In this document: positions 25,764 to 38,361 of the stretch, piece by piece | Layout of the letters: every line of letters starts with the position of its first letter | Numbering within the stretch: the stretch's first letter is position 1 | Source: Enoplolaimus lenunculus | Taxonomy: Eukaryota | DNA length: 64,000 nucleotides | Reading direction: 5' to 3' | Assembly: GCA_030248215.1 (NCBI GenBank) | Contig: JASANG010001329.1 | Location: forward strand, 310,001-374,000 | The notes under the pieces: generated by a model | The model's database searches: none | What the model was told of the DNA's origin: nothing | The model's input: the letters and a program-made list of their open reading frames with translations, nothing else | Program-made: the position numbers and the translations under genes

Positions 25764-26622
25764 ATATGTACCTAGTCCGTCTAGTGTAGACTAGCAGTTC
25801 AAGAGTACTAGTACAATGATCGTTACTGAAGGAGTCTCACTGATTTTATATATCTATGATTGAGTGTTAGCATTCAAGGTCGGAGACAATGAGATCCAGG
25901 ACTGTCAATTCCAGTTTTTTGGGGATTTTTTTGTGATGGGGTTTTGAAGTACTTTGTTCAGTTTATAAAACAAGGACGCTAATATGCGTAGCTTACCAGC
26001 TAGTTTGCTCCGTCATGTTACAAATATCACCTACTGTAGTGCCCCGTACAAGAGGGAAGCACAATAAGAGGGGTTTTCCCCCGTATCTCTAATAATAGTC
26101 CGTTAGCTGATAGAAGTCTGTAAACCCTAATTATTGTCTATAAATGTCACTTATCACAAATTGTAGTGCACAAAGGACTCCAGGACCAAATAAAATTGAG
26201 TTCACATATTTAAAGCTTACGTAAGTTTTGAAAGTGCATTCCTATATACGTATAACCTAGCATTATCGCTCAAGTGTTTGATACAAAACAAATAAACGTT
26301 TAATAAAACGGAAAGTTGCAATACCGGTGGAGGGTGAGTTATGTGGTGTTTTAGTGTTATTAATTGAGGATGACATCGCGGCACCGAGGGAGTCTTGACG
26401 TTTTTTCTGTACATGCAGAGTAAAAAATTGACAGAAATACATGAAATCATATCAAACAATGAAATAATAGATAACCAGCAGACCGATTTTTCCCAAAAAC
26501 GTTAATACAAGAGGAATTTTGAACGCAACTTTGCTCGGAGAGCGACCTTGAAGCTTGACACAAATTTCAGCTTTATAATACATACGTTTTAAGCAATTTT
26601 TGAACAAATCGACAAAGGTGAA

Positions 26623-26874
26623 CACTGTAAATTTCAGTGAGTTGATTTTAACTCATAATGAGTTGAATCACTCAGTCTGAGTTAGGACTATCAGAACTCA
26701 GAATTTTTAGTTGATTCAATTCATTCTGAGTTAATTAATCAACTCACCCATAGTCAACTCAACTCACAGTGAGAATTAACACAACTGAGAGTGAGTTAAT
26801 GTTTACTGATATTAATTCAGAAATAACCAACTCGTTAGCTGAATTGATTAATCAACTCATTGGAATTCACAGTG
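26623..26874. mobile_element. CACTG-terminated (EnSpm/CMC-like) MITE with GAGTT/AACTC subrepeats
   Basis: AA|CACTGTAAATTTCAGTGAGTTGATT ... AATCAACTCATTGGAATTCACAGTG|AA. A related copy begins at ~7799. Confidence 0.65.
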
Positions 26875-27714
26875 AAACAGTAGAATTAGCACGGAAGTAA
26901 AGCACCTTATTGGCGCTAGTAAAATTGTCAATTTTTTACCTGCGAAGCAATTTCGCTGAACCGATACAACTCTTATTTAAAATCTTAGTGGATCACCCAC
27001 TACAACCTTGTAGAATTCGAATGTTGAGGAAGTGAAAACGTCCATAAAGAGACTGAACCTTCTTATGCCTTCGCAGAATTTGTTCTTGTCATTAGAGGTG
27101 GAATGTAAAAGCGCCGCAAGTGATATTTTTCTGATATAACGCAGAACGTTGCTTATTGAAGCAAATTTTTGTTTCAGGCCCATAGCCAGCACACCTCGTT
27201 TATGGGGGCTAAACGTTTAGTAGCAGGGGACGCAAGGGATTTCGATGACTACTAAGCGAGTTTGAATCTTCTCAAGGGTTGCCATAATTTTTCTGGACTG
27301 AAGGATTTGAGCACGCCTTGCACCGCTGGCTGTGGGCCGGTCGGCGCCGCGGCGCTGAACAACGCAGGCTTATATTTACGTTTATGCATAAAACTGCGGT
27401 GCACAATAGCTGGCTGGTTCCAACGTTGAATACAATGGCAGTTAAACTTGGTCAAAAAATGTGAAAAAATGCTTATCGAGAAATAGTAATTTCAGCCGAA
27501 TCAACGTATATACTTGGGAACTGTTTTAATTTTTGCCAGACATTATTGAATTTCTAAGATAACAACATATATTCTTATTGTCGACCAATGATTCAGATCA
27601 GGAGCGGGGTGTGATGGTATGTTTTAACTTCATGAAAATTTTTTTTCACATGCAGGACCCAGCAGGTTTAATCAAAAACTCTTATGTAAGAGACCTTTTA
27701 TTCCTTGAGTCTTA

Positions 27715-28298
27715 GGGTTGCGCTATACTTTAATACTGTGCCGGACGCCATGTTCGCCGCCGCCCACCGTCGAGCGCCGCCGCCCACCGTCGCGCCCCGC
27801 CGCCCACCGTCGCGCCCCGCCGCCCACCGTCGCGCCCCGCCGCCCACCGTCGCGCCCCGCCGCCCACCGTCGCGCGCCGCCGCCCACCGTCGCGCGCCGC
27901 CGCCCACCGTCGCGCGCCGCCGCTTACCGTCGCGCGCCGCCGCCCACCGTCGCGCGCCGCCGCCCACCGTCGCGCGCCGCCGCCCACCGTCGCGCGCCGC
28001 CGCCCACCGTCGCGCGCCGCCGCCCACCGTCGCGCGCCGCCGCCCACCGTCGCGCGCCGCCGCCCACCGTCGCGCGCCGCCGCCCACCGTCGCGCGCCGC
28101 CGCCCACCGTCGCGCCCCGCCGCCCACCGCCGCGGGCCGCCGCCCACCATCGCGCGCCGCTATGCGTTGCTGACAAAAATATAGGCAAAATCTAATTGGT
28201 AGCGTGCGGCAATTTATAATAAAAATGTACTGCGCCTTGTGCCGGGTCTGGCGGCGTGCAGTGGCGTCCGGCGGCGCGCAGCGAGTGTAGCGCGAACC
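27715..28298. mobile_element. Harbinger/Tourist-like MITE enclosing an expanded minisatellite
   Basis: TTA|GGGTTGCGCTATAC ... GTGTAGCGCGAACC|TAC. Confidence 0.7.
27755..28160. repeat. GC-rich 20-bp minisatellite (CGCCCACCGTCGCGCGCCGC) x~20
   Basis: Read directly from the sequence; it explains the repetitive ORFs on both strands here. Confidence 0.95.
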
Positions 28299-30571
28299 TA
28301 CGAAAAATTTCGTGGGGGTACATTTATATATCTATCCCCTTCTTGTATACGTCACTGATACAGACGCTTTATGATTGGTATTGCTTTTTTGCATCGAGCT
28401 TTGATGTTTCTGTGGTGATTTAAGCTTGCTCGCTTTACGGTCTCGAACACTTTGTAAGCTGTGTATTGGTGTGTGTGTGCTGTGCACTGTTTTGTTGCAA
28501 TTTATTGTACAGTTTATGTTGTGTGTTTGGGTTGATTGCAGCATATTTTTACTGCAGTTGTATATATTGGCAAGTTTACATAATTCCTTAAGTTCTACTA
28601 TGCAACACGTGGAAGACATGTGAAAATATCTGTGGTTTGTGTCTCATCATCCATTGGTCTTATTGTGGTTTTGCAGTGGTTGTTCCGGTAAGATCCGGTA
28701 TGCTAAGTATAATGAACACCAGAGTGCGCGAAGTCAATTTGGTAGTCTAATAGCCCTTCCGTTTCCACCACGTAAATATCAGTCGGTCCCTTGCACCTTA
28801 ACTTTTTGAGCACTTGACATCATCAGGTGAAATTTTAATTCATATTAAGAGGACTTTTATTGTGGAGTACGGAGCAATTTTGATTGGGGGCCGCATTCTG
28901 TCAGGCCCGTACCTTAGGTTTCCACCTGAATGTAAACTTAAAACCCTTTGGCGGAGGCATATCTTAATAGCTTGCCAACTTCAAATTCGTGAGCAGTTTT
29001 GAGATTTACTCAAAGCACATTTTTGAAAAAAATCGCAAGTCCAAAGCGAAACTCGCAGTTAATAGTTAGCTATATATCGAGTATACAAAACGCCAAACGA
29101 CTACAATCTGTTGGTTTGTTACTCGATTTTAACACAATTGCATTCAGGTAAGCGTCAGATTCACCCTTTGCAGGCTTCGGTCTGACAAAGCGGCGGATGC
29201 TCTGTACGCATTGGGATTTTTTGGAATAGAGCCTACCGAAAGGTGGCTCCCAAAGAAATTTCTTGGCATAAGTTTTAGCGTAGATGTCGAATATAGCAAT
29301 GATAATTTACGTGGAGACATCACAAAACTAGTTTCACTTGAGAGCAATTGTGACAATCCATAGTTGTGGGATATATGGACTCAATAGAAACCTGGACGCC
29401 CCTTAAAGTAACATGTGCCCCCCCTCTCGGTACGCCCCTGGACTTTTATATCTTGGAATTTTGGACGGATGCGTAAATTGATCCAGCTACTTTTTCTTCC
29501 TATGTTTATTGCTAGTTTATTTAAAAATTCTGTAGTCAAGTTATTGGATGTTTTCATAGATAAGAATGTAAAACAGTAGCTGACTTTTAACTGTTTGAAC
29601 GGCATAAACGACTAGTTTAGGGATCTAAAAATCTTAATTTCTACTTCTAAATTTTCGCGTCCCATAATTGGCTCAAACGCTGTTAACGTAATGACCTGAC
29701 AATCGCGTTTTCAACAGATAAGGGTTGCATTTTTGCACTAAGTTAAAATAGATCAGATGTTAATATGTATATACGTATTTAATCATTATCTTAAACATTG
29801 CGCCGCTTTGTTAGGCGCATATATTTCACTAGACCAGCTTTTAGCTATATACGTGCGTTCAGGCTAAGCCGGCGTTAGGTTAGTCGCCCTTCCCCACCCA
29901 TGGCCGAGAGGGCCCCGAATGTAATATTTCACAGCTCTGTAACTTTGCGTTCCATGAAAAAATTTTAGTTTGCCATGATAGGGACTCCCAAGGGTCAGGA
30001 TCCTCAATTAGTGGGGTCGGTTTCGCTGGCTCTGGGTTCCTGCAAGCGGGTTCAAACAGGTCCAGCGACACCCCGTGGATTTGCTGAGCAATTTTGCGTG
30101 TACAGAGTACTAAAATATGTGAAAATTATAGTTAATACAACAGTGATTTAATTGTTTTCTATTCCACCCTCAGTTTCACCGCCAATCCATTATTCTGCTG
30201 GAGCCGATCGCAAGGTTGAACCCAGAAAAGAAATTTAGGGGTTTTCACAGGTTAACACCTATGGTCCATACTGAATAATGAAATAGTCAGTTCGAGAGAA
30301 TGATGTTTGTAAAACTTTGACAATAGATTAATGCAAAGGGAACTTTGCAGGCACCCAATGAAGAATCTACGAGCATTCGTCGCCCGACAACTTGTCTGCC
30401 AACAGTGTCCTTTGATTAAATTTACGCATAATTAAACGCGTAATTGCAAACCTAAATCTGACCCTAAACATAATTATGGTGAGCGACGATTTGTCGAGTC
30501 GATATAATTTGGGAATACAAGTTGCTGGGCGATGAATTGTCAAGGCGACGAATTTTCATGATAATCCCAAT

Positions 30572-30775
30572 GGCCCATTGTTACTTTAAGGGGCGTAAAG
30601 GTTTCTGGTGGGTTTATAAAAGAGTGGATTTAGATTCTAGATTACAATTTTTTGCTTAGGCTTAGGCTTAGGCTTAGGCTTAGGGTTAGGAACACATTTT
30701 TGCAACGCTTAGGCTTAGGCGTAGGCTTAGGAATACGCTTAATCTACTGTTACGCCTCTTAAAGTAACATTGATC
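30572..30775. mobile_element. Merlin-like telomeric-repeat MITE
   Basis: GGCCCATTGTTACTTTAAGGGGCG ... CGCCTCTTAAAGTAACATTGATC. TSD ATCCCAAT/ACCCCAAT (7/8). Contains (TTAGGC)4 plus a second tract. Confidence 0.85.
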
Positions 30776-31213
30776 ACCCCAATGAAGTCCTCTGGATCCG
30801 TTACGGCATGGTTGTCTATTTAATCGTACACTACGGCTAAAACCTAAAATGATCCACTATTATGTGCTGTGTACACGATTGTTTGTTTATGTTTGTGCCA
30901 GACCATCTGATATCATCTGTTTTTGGTTAACATTTCGCATCAAAACAGCGTTGAAAAAAATTTGGCTTGGCATACGTTATACGTTTTGGTCTTAAACAGG
31001 CGAATGCAATTTTTTTGTGGCTGTTAACCCCTTATAGTTGTGCACTGTTCACTTGTATATTTTACGTGTCTTTAAGCAAAAAAAGTTAAAAATGAAACAT
31101 AGATTTAGCAGCTTCGTTCAAAATATAGCCAGCCTTTGCGCGAAGCGGACCATAACCCCAAAAGATCGGCAGAGTGATGCATTGTGGCAAATTTTATTTT
31201 GTTTTGCTTGTAA

Positions 31214-31491
31214 TGCATGGTTTACTTTAATTTTTTCCGCCGTGTGGAATTTCATACCGGCTATCGACGCTTGCATAATGACAGGTTTTGAAAATTTTTA
31301 AACGACAGATGCATTTTTTGAAAACGGTCGATGTTAATTATTTTAATGAAATGATGTCGTTTGGTTTTGTAAAATTCAAAAAAAATCCAAATTTCACGCT
31401 TTGCTTATTGCCGTTTTTCGATTAGTATAAGACGTCGTCGGTTGCCAGTGTGAAATTCCACACGGCGGTGAATATTGAAGTAAACGATGCG
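31214..31491. mobile_element. Inverted-repeat (MITE-like) element
   Basis: CCGCCGTGTGGAATTTCATACCGGC is reverse-complementary to GCCAGTGTGAAATTCCACACGGCGG, and the match extends degenerately outwards. Confidence 0.6.
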
Positions 31492-31738
31492 TAAGTTATG
31501 TGAAACTTACGTGTTCCCGTTTCCCCTGATATTTTACGTACCGAAGATCTAACTGTGGGTGCTAAATAGGTAATCAGCACTTCGTCCATCGGTTACGTTT
31601 GGTATTTGATGTCCTGCCCCTGAATGTCGGTAAGCGATTAGAACAAGTAATTTGTTCACGGAGAAGACCAAAATATTTTCCCAGCCCGCATTGGCGGGTC
31701 AGTTTACAAGTTGTGGGTCGACGAGTTTCGGCAACCAA

Positions 31739-32499
31739 CAGGGGCGTACCGAGAGGGGGGCCGGGGGGGCGCCCCCCCCAATCGGAAACAGTACTTGCGT
31801 CATAATTTCCATTAGATACAAAAATTACGTATGGCTTCTCGCTCGCGATGTTTTTCACTGATCAATTTTTGAAAAATTTTGCCTGCGGCGCTGTTCAAAG
31901 GGAGACATCAAAGATAAGTTCGCAAACCTAACCAGCTCAAAACTAAAGATAGTAATAAAAATGGTGTAAAGCTTCAATACATAACCCCGAGACCAGGGTG
32001 GTTCGGTATGGTGGTTTAGACCACACGCTACATCAATACAGAAATGTTTAGACTGTTACAGAAGGATTAACAATGTATAGCTTTTCTCCCGCTTTGCTCG
32101 CGAATTGTTCAATCTGTTTAAGTTCTGGCCTTGAGCCTTCGGTCACTCCGTTTCAACTCCTATTGCCTAGAAATATTTCACATTATACAAAAATTTCCCC
32201 ACAGACTGCAAACTGAAGTTCTGTATTAGATTAAAAGACAATAGTGTCTAGCTTTTCGCTCGCGGCTAACGGTTTTTTCAAATCGTGTTCACGTGGCAAA
32301 CAATTCCACCTTTCCAGATACCCAAACTGTCAAATTTTAAGGACCTAAAACTGAATTCTGAAATTGGTCTAGCAGCCAACTAGGGGAGCGTGACCAACCT
32401 CATAAATCCCACGAAAAAAATTGGGTGCTTTTAGGCAGAAAAAAGGCACAAGTCTGAGGATGCGGCCCACCCCAATCAATATTTCTCGGTACGCCACTG
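31739..32499. mobile_element. hAT-like non-autonomous element
   Basis: CAGGGGCGTACCGAGA ... TCTCGGTACGCCACTG, with 8-bp flanks GCAACCAA/GCAAGGAA. A solo end lies at ~29425-29440. Confidence 0.7.
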
Positions 32500-34244
32500 G
32501 CAAGGAATGGTCGTGAATATCAGAAATGTGTAAAAGTTCATCAGTACATCTATATAATTAAAGCTATTAAAGCTGCGTGGAATGCCCCACATACATATTT
32601 TGGGCATTCCAGGCAGGGCCGGAGAAGCCACACCCCATACCCCCGAGGCCCACCCCTAAAGGGCGCTCACCCTAACCAGTTGAAACAAAAACCGCTTTAG
32701 TTTTAAAATGCGACCGGCTTCTCGCTCAACGCAATTTGTTCGGTGAAAAGAAAATTTACATGCAAATTGTTGTGCATTCGCTAATTTTGCGGCTTGCACA
32801 AAGCAGGCTGACTAGTCTTAATTAATCGAGGTGCAACCGGAGGTAAACAGCACCGGAGCCGGTACTAGGCTGTCCACAATCAGCCGGAGCAGAAAAGGAA
32901 GCTGATTTCCTGTCGATTCTGGAAGCAGACATCCGCATGGGGTGAATAGTGTTATACCTACATTTAAAATTAAAGCGACAAAAATGAAATATTGCTATAT
33001 ATTGCTTTACAATCTGTCACACAGAGTATATTGTGAGTTGTGATAAAATTTTCAGTTGTTTTGTATCTGTATTTTTTCAGTTCAACGTGTATGTTTTTTT
33101 ATGAAAAAGCAACTATTATGTTTACTTATTCTATGGCATTAAGTAATATCTGCGTCGGTTTTTAATTTTAGCAAAATTTTTCAGTTGGTTTTGAATTTTG
33201 ATTAGATGTATTTAGGCTCTGTTTCTAGTTTTCTACACTAAAATTCCGCATAACGCGCTTGCGAATCCATGATTTTGCTGTGTTTGACAGTTTTTTTTTG
33301 AAATTTTACAATTTTACGAAGATTTCGCTGTATGTAGCAAAATATAAAGTTGTTGTCAGCGATTTCGTTAGATAACTTATTGAGAGCTTCAGATGAACAA
33401 TTTGCATTTTAAAATTATTATTTCGATAGGACTGTATACATGGGTTGCGACAGAACAGATATTTCCCGTTACGAATTTTTGAAGGGACAAAAAAAGCAAT
33501 GTTAACAGACTTTTGAATTACCTTCTGTACATCCTATGTTTATCCCCAATCAAGGTGATCTGACTGCAGGACGGACAGCAAATTGTCTAATATAATCAGG
33601 TGCACTGAAATTAGGTAAAGAGCTTTGACGTACCTACAATATAGTTTGAGATTTATTACATTTTACGTTCTCACGTCAATGTGAAAGTTTCTGCTTATTT
33701 TCATGTTACAAAATTTTCTAAGACACGGGTTAAACGACCATTAACCTTGCCCCACCAGTCGAAGGTATTTTAAGGGTAACGCTGGACCTGATTCGCTTAT
33801 ATCGGCACCCCTGAATATAATATTACGTTTTATGCATACACACTTCCCATGGGCATCCGCATGAAGGGCGGTGCAGTGAGTACAATGCGTCCCTCCCCCT
33901 AAATTTTGATTGGCTGAGTAAAATGTATAAAGCACTGCACTGATCGTTTGCTTCGATGTTACTCCAACTCTAATTTTCTGCATACGTTCTTCGCATTTTC
34001 ACACTTGAGTTGGCCATCCCATTGAGTTGACCTGAACCTACAACCGTTACCTATAACAAACGTTCCCTTGACAAATACTTAAAGCCTAAACCCAAGACTA
34101 TTTGTGAGCGACAAATTGCGGGTCTATTAAATGTCGGTGAACCAAATGTCGGTTGGCAAATTGTCCGAACGGCAAAATATTGTGGTATCTTTTTACCTAT
34201 TATTAATATCATGAAATGCTTTTGAAGGGTAACTCTGTTTAATT

Positions 34245-34668
34245 ATGACTGATTCAGTAGTGACCAGTTCTCGAAATAGTTGGTGGTGGTCACTTGCAGG
34301 CGGCACATCAGTTGCCGCTGCAGTCTACTATTGGCTATTCCGTCGACGACATTCAGACAAACCACCAGTATTGATCCCGGCAATTGATTATTCTCGTCAA
34401 TCACTTTTGTTACCCGGTGACGAACGAATTCGCGTTGCGTCTTGGGGGACACCTCTGAACAATCCTGCTGGATATCTTACCGTATTTGAGCCAAATGTAA
34501 CAACGGTTTATGAAAATTTTCTGTACGGAATGAAAATTTCACAGAATGGCCAATGTCTTGGAACACGACGTGGACCACGCCGTGAGTACGAATGGATTTC
34601 GTATCAACAAGTTTTGGAGCGAGCGCTTAATTTTGGCGCTGGTTTGGCAAATATTGGCGCTGAGCCAG
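34245..34668 (+). CDS. ACSL: ACSL exon 1
   Basis: MTDSVV...GQCLGTRRGPRREYEWISYQQV...AEP, donor gtatca. Confidence 0.85.
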
Positions 34669-37600
34669 GTATCACATTTTTAATTTATACAAAATAAACA
34701 CCCTCTATGGTGTGCTATTTAAAAAGATAACAAAAAAACTTCAGTGTGTCCGTCTAGTTGAGTCGTTCTGACTGCAGGGTTCACAGATTAGACTACAGAA
34801 GTCAGAGAATTATTTCAAGTAGAAACAAGATGTTCAGGAATCGAACTCCGCTACTCGAGTTTTTAAACCTTATATTTGTCTTAATCTGGCAGCGCCAAAA
34901 ACGCTTTGAGTGAATTTTATGGATTGAAAATTTAGTTCAATTCCAATACACAAAAATTTCACATGTCTAAATTTTGACTTTTTCTGGAATTGAAATTTTG
35001 TTTTCCACCAAGCCACATTTTTAATTGTGGAGCGTGCATAAATAAAGAATTACCATTTTAATCTTGTCTCGCTGTATTTTACCTATTTGCCTAGAAAACA
35101 CATTGTGAGCTTCGAAGGAACTATTTTAATAGCAGAACACCTCGGTATGGCTTATAAACGCTTACATCCCGCATATCCCATGCGCCGGACGCCACTTAAA
35201 ATTTTTAATTGCATTCTTTCAGGTCAGTCAACACCGATCGGAATATATTCGCAAAATTGCGCTGAATATGATATTGCGCTTTTAGGCATTACTGCCTACA
35301 ATCGTATTATAGTACCTCTATACGATACTTTGGGTACAGAAGCAGTAACGTACATAATTGCACAAACTGCAATGCAGTACGTCGTTTGTGATACATTGAA
35401 ACAAGCGAAAAAGCTACTAGACGTCGCCCAGACTGTATCCGGTTCCGAATGCCCTTTGCGGTATGTAATTTTGGTGGAAGAAGCTCAAAATGATTTGTCC
35501 GAGTTGCAATCGTCGTTTGCGCTGCTTGATATCCAGCTGCATTTGTTTACTGACGTCGAACTGTCTGGTTCTAATCAACCCTTGTCAACCACAGGCCTAA
35601 CGCCGACTCCGGACGATACGTTTATCGTTTGTTATACTTCGGGAACTACTGGGAATCCGAAAGGCGTCGAATTGTCGCACCGAAATGTAATTGCGGAAAC
35701 TGCATGCGTACGCCAGTACCTGCAACAGTTTAGTGGGCTTGATGTCAGACCAGAAAACGTATTTACGGTCATTTCGTTCTTACCACTGGCACACATGTTC
35801 GAACAAATGGTACATGTGCTTGTATATTCGCTTGGATATCGTATTGGCTATTTTTCGGGTGACATCAAAGGCTTGACTGATGATTTGAAAACGCTTCAGC
35901 CTCGTGTGATGCCGGTGGTGCCCCGGTTGCTCAACCGGATCTATGACGTCTTGATGGGACGGCTGGAATCGGGAAGTTTTGTTGCGCGGTGGATATGGAA
36001 AGCGGCTGTCGCGTATAAAATGCGTGAAATGCGAGCTGGATGCTTGAGACGAGATTCTATATTTGATAGGCTGATTTTTGATAAAATCCGCGAGCAACTT
36101 GGCGGGAATATGGATTTTATGGTCACAGGATCGGCGCCAATTGCTGGAGAGGTAATATTTAGTGAATTGATGCCTTTTTCACGGCCAAGACAAGGTTTTA
36201 TTTCGAAAACGTCTAAAGTTCATGGACAACATTTTTGCTTTTGGAACGAGTTGGCTATAATTTTAAGCTTCAGTGAGTTTTTGATACAATTTGGGAGGTA
36301 ACTAGGAAGTAATATGGAGGTTTTGACCGCTGGATCGCTGCCAGTTATTGGAGAAGTATATAGGCTTGGATAGCCGATAATTGGCTGCTGAAAACTTCCT
36401 TCCACGTTTAAGGTTAATGTTTTGTGTTAGTTTGAGGCATGAAGCGTAGGTTTAGCCTGAAGTTCGGGCAACAGCTTAAATTTATGGTTAGACTTTAGTC
36501 GTGTCTTAAGTATAAACCTAAGCCAAAGCGTAAATATGCGAGGAAAGTGTTCATAAGAGCAGTAGATTTCGTCGTTTCAGGAAGGAATAACTTCAGCGAA
36601 AAGAATATTAATTCAAAGGAACATGTGGGTTACGTTAAACACTGGTTGATTGTTTTTCTCGAATTACTAAAAACTGTGAAATAGGCATGCATCTGGTGCC
36701 TAATACATGTAATCTTAAATGTGGGAGTAAAGTGTACGCCTGATGCCTTCAGGTCCGTAGCCAGCTCACCTTGCTATCGGGGCTTAAAAATTTTCAGGAG
36801 CAGCATACAAAGGTTTTCTATGACTTACAAGCAAAATGCATGGGCCAAAATTTTTCCAGTATGGGCCACGCCCCCCTTGGCGTCCGCTTGACTGCGTAAA
36901 CGAATGCCTTTCTATAGTGTTGTAGGTATTGAATACCTGTCGTGTAGCGTTTGGTTGTTCTGTTGCCGAAGGATACGGTCAGACTGAATGTTGCGGTGGC
37001 TGTTCGCTTACATTCCCAGGCGATTATTCTACAGGGCACGTTGGAGCTGTGCTGCCGGGCTGTCATATTAAACTTGTCGATGTTCCTGAATTAGATTATT
37101 ACTCCAATGATGATAAGGTAATTTTTAAGGTTTGCAACAAATGCCAAGAACAGTTTTTAGTTTACTGTTTAATATTCATATTATTAATAACTTTTCTACC
37201 TTTGAACACATATAAACCGGTAGTGTTTGAACTTGAATATTTTATACAGCAGGTTAAAATACAACGTACATTTCTGTCCGGATGTGCTTGATAGATAATA
37301 GAAAAAAATTAACTAACGAAGCAGCCGAGGGCGCCAAACGCCGTTATTATTATTTAATCTTTACACAAAATTTTGGTTTTAATTCCTATTGCATGACCTC
37401 TTCGTAGACTTCCAACGCATTAGAGTTCGTTATTGAAACGTTTTAGGGCGAAATTTGCATTCGCGGCCCAATAATTATGAAAGGTTACTATCGTGACTCG
37501 GAGCGAACTGCAGAAGCGATCGATTCTGAAGGCTGGTTGCATACTGGCGATATTGGCCGGTGGTTAGACAATGGTACGTTGAAAGTGATTGATCGAAAAA

Positions 37601-38361
37601 AGCACATTTTCAAGCTTGCTCAAGGTGAATACGTTGCGCCGGAAAAAATCGAATCAATCTATGTTCGGTTACCTGTGGTCGCTCAAATATTTGTCGACGG
37701 AAACAGCCTTGAACGCAGTCTTGTAGGAATTGTGGTTCCGGATGAACAAGAGTTGCGACTCATCGCCAAAGACATTGACAACAGCACTGGCGCAAATCAA
37801 ATTGCCGGATTGGAATTCCAACAGTTGTGCGAACATCCACGAGTCAAAGCTGCAGTGCTTGAGCGAATGCGGACGATGGGTAAAGAAAACAAGTTGAATT
37901 CGATTGAACAGGTGAGTGCACAGGCGTGTAGCAGAAATTTCATTTTGTGATCGTTTCATTTCAGCTGATACCAGAGGATGCAAGCGATCGTATTGACTAA
38001 ACGAACCAAATTTTTTTGACACCTTAACTTCAATTTTAACACGGCAAACTTGAATATTTTTCTGTACGACATTGTGATTATAGGATAGCAAGCGGTCACC
38101 TTACGAAAGTTATCTGTGTAATTTTGTTTTGGTATAAAAAATACAAATGTATATTTACACGAATGGCAATAAATAACACGTAATATAATAATTTGTTCTA
38201 AAACTTATTTTTTTCAGGTTGCCGCCATTCACTTATCGCCAGAAGCATTTTCAGTCGCCAACGGACTGTTAACGCCAACGCTGAAATCTATGCGGCCAAA
38301 ATTACGCAAGTATTATCAAAGTACTATTGATGCAATGTATGTTAATCTAAACAAAAAGTAA
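34245..38361 (+). CDS. ACSL: Long-chain-fatty-acid--CoA ligase (ACSL1/5/6-like), 5 exons (34245-34668, 35223-36151, 36926-37117, 37447-37911, 38218-38361), 717 aa
   Basis: N-terminal hydrophobic anchor; YTSGTTGNPKG P-loop; SFLPLAHMFEQ; GYGQTE; GEICIRG; GWLHTGDIG; IDRKKHIFKLAQGEYVAPEKIE; NGLLTPTLK. Canonical GT-AG introns in phases 1,0,0,0 give 2154 nt ending in TAA. Confidence 0.95.
35223..36151 (+). CDS. ACSL: ACSL exon 2 (AMP-binding core)
   Basis: tttcag|GQSTPIGIYSQN...YTSGTTGNPKG...VTGSAPIAGE|gtaata. Confidence 0.93.
36274..36358 (+). pseudogene. Decayed duplicate of the 3' end of ACSL exon 2 inside intron 2
   Basis: Translates FDTIWE/[+1 nt]*LGSNMEVLTAGSLPVIGEV, against the exon's FDKIREQLGGNMDFMVTGSAPIAGEV. 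Confidence 0.7.
36926..37117 (+). CDS. ACSL: ACSL exon 3
   Basis: tgtag|VLNTCRVAFGCSVAEGYGQTE...DDK|gtaatt. Confidence 0.92.
37447..37911 (+). CDS. ACSL: ACSL exon 4
   Basis: ttttag|GEICIRGPIIMKGYY...GWLHTGDIG...LNSIEQ|gtgagt. Confidence 0.93.
38218..38361 (+). CDS. ACSL: ACSL exon 5 (terminal)
   Basis: ttttcag|VAAIHLSPEAFSVANGLLTPTLKSMRPKLRKYY...NKK*. Confidence 0.92.
   Translation, partial: VAAIHLSPEAFSVANGLLTPTLKSMRPKLRKYYQSTIDAMYVNLNKK

Noticed and set aside
27698..28188. 150-159 aa Arg/Ala/Pro-rich ORFs on both strands
   Set aside because: These are translations of a stop-free 20-bp minisatellite inside a MITE; there is no splice or domain evidence.
30655..30732. TTAGGC tracts as a true telomere or chromosome-fusion scar
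   Set aside because: The tracts are short, occur in both orientations across the window, and lie inside TIR/TSD-bounded elements.
35087..35222. N-terminal part of the 404-aa ORF as coding
   Set aside because: It lies upstream of the TTTCAG acceptor at 35222 and is intronic read-through; the same applies to 36152-36301.
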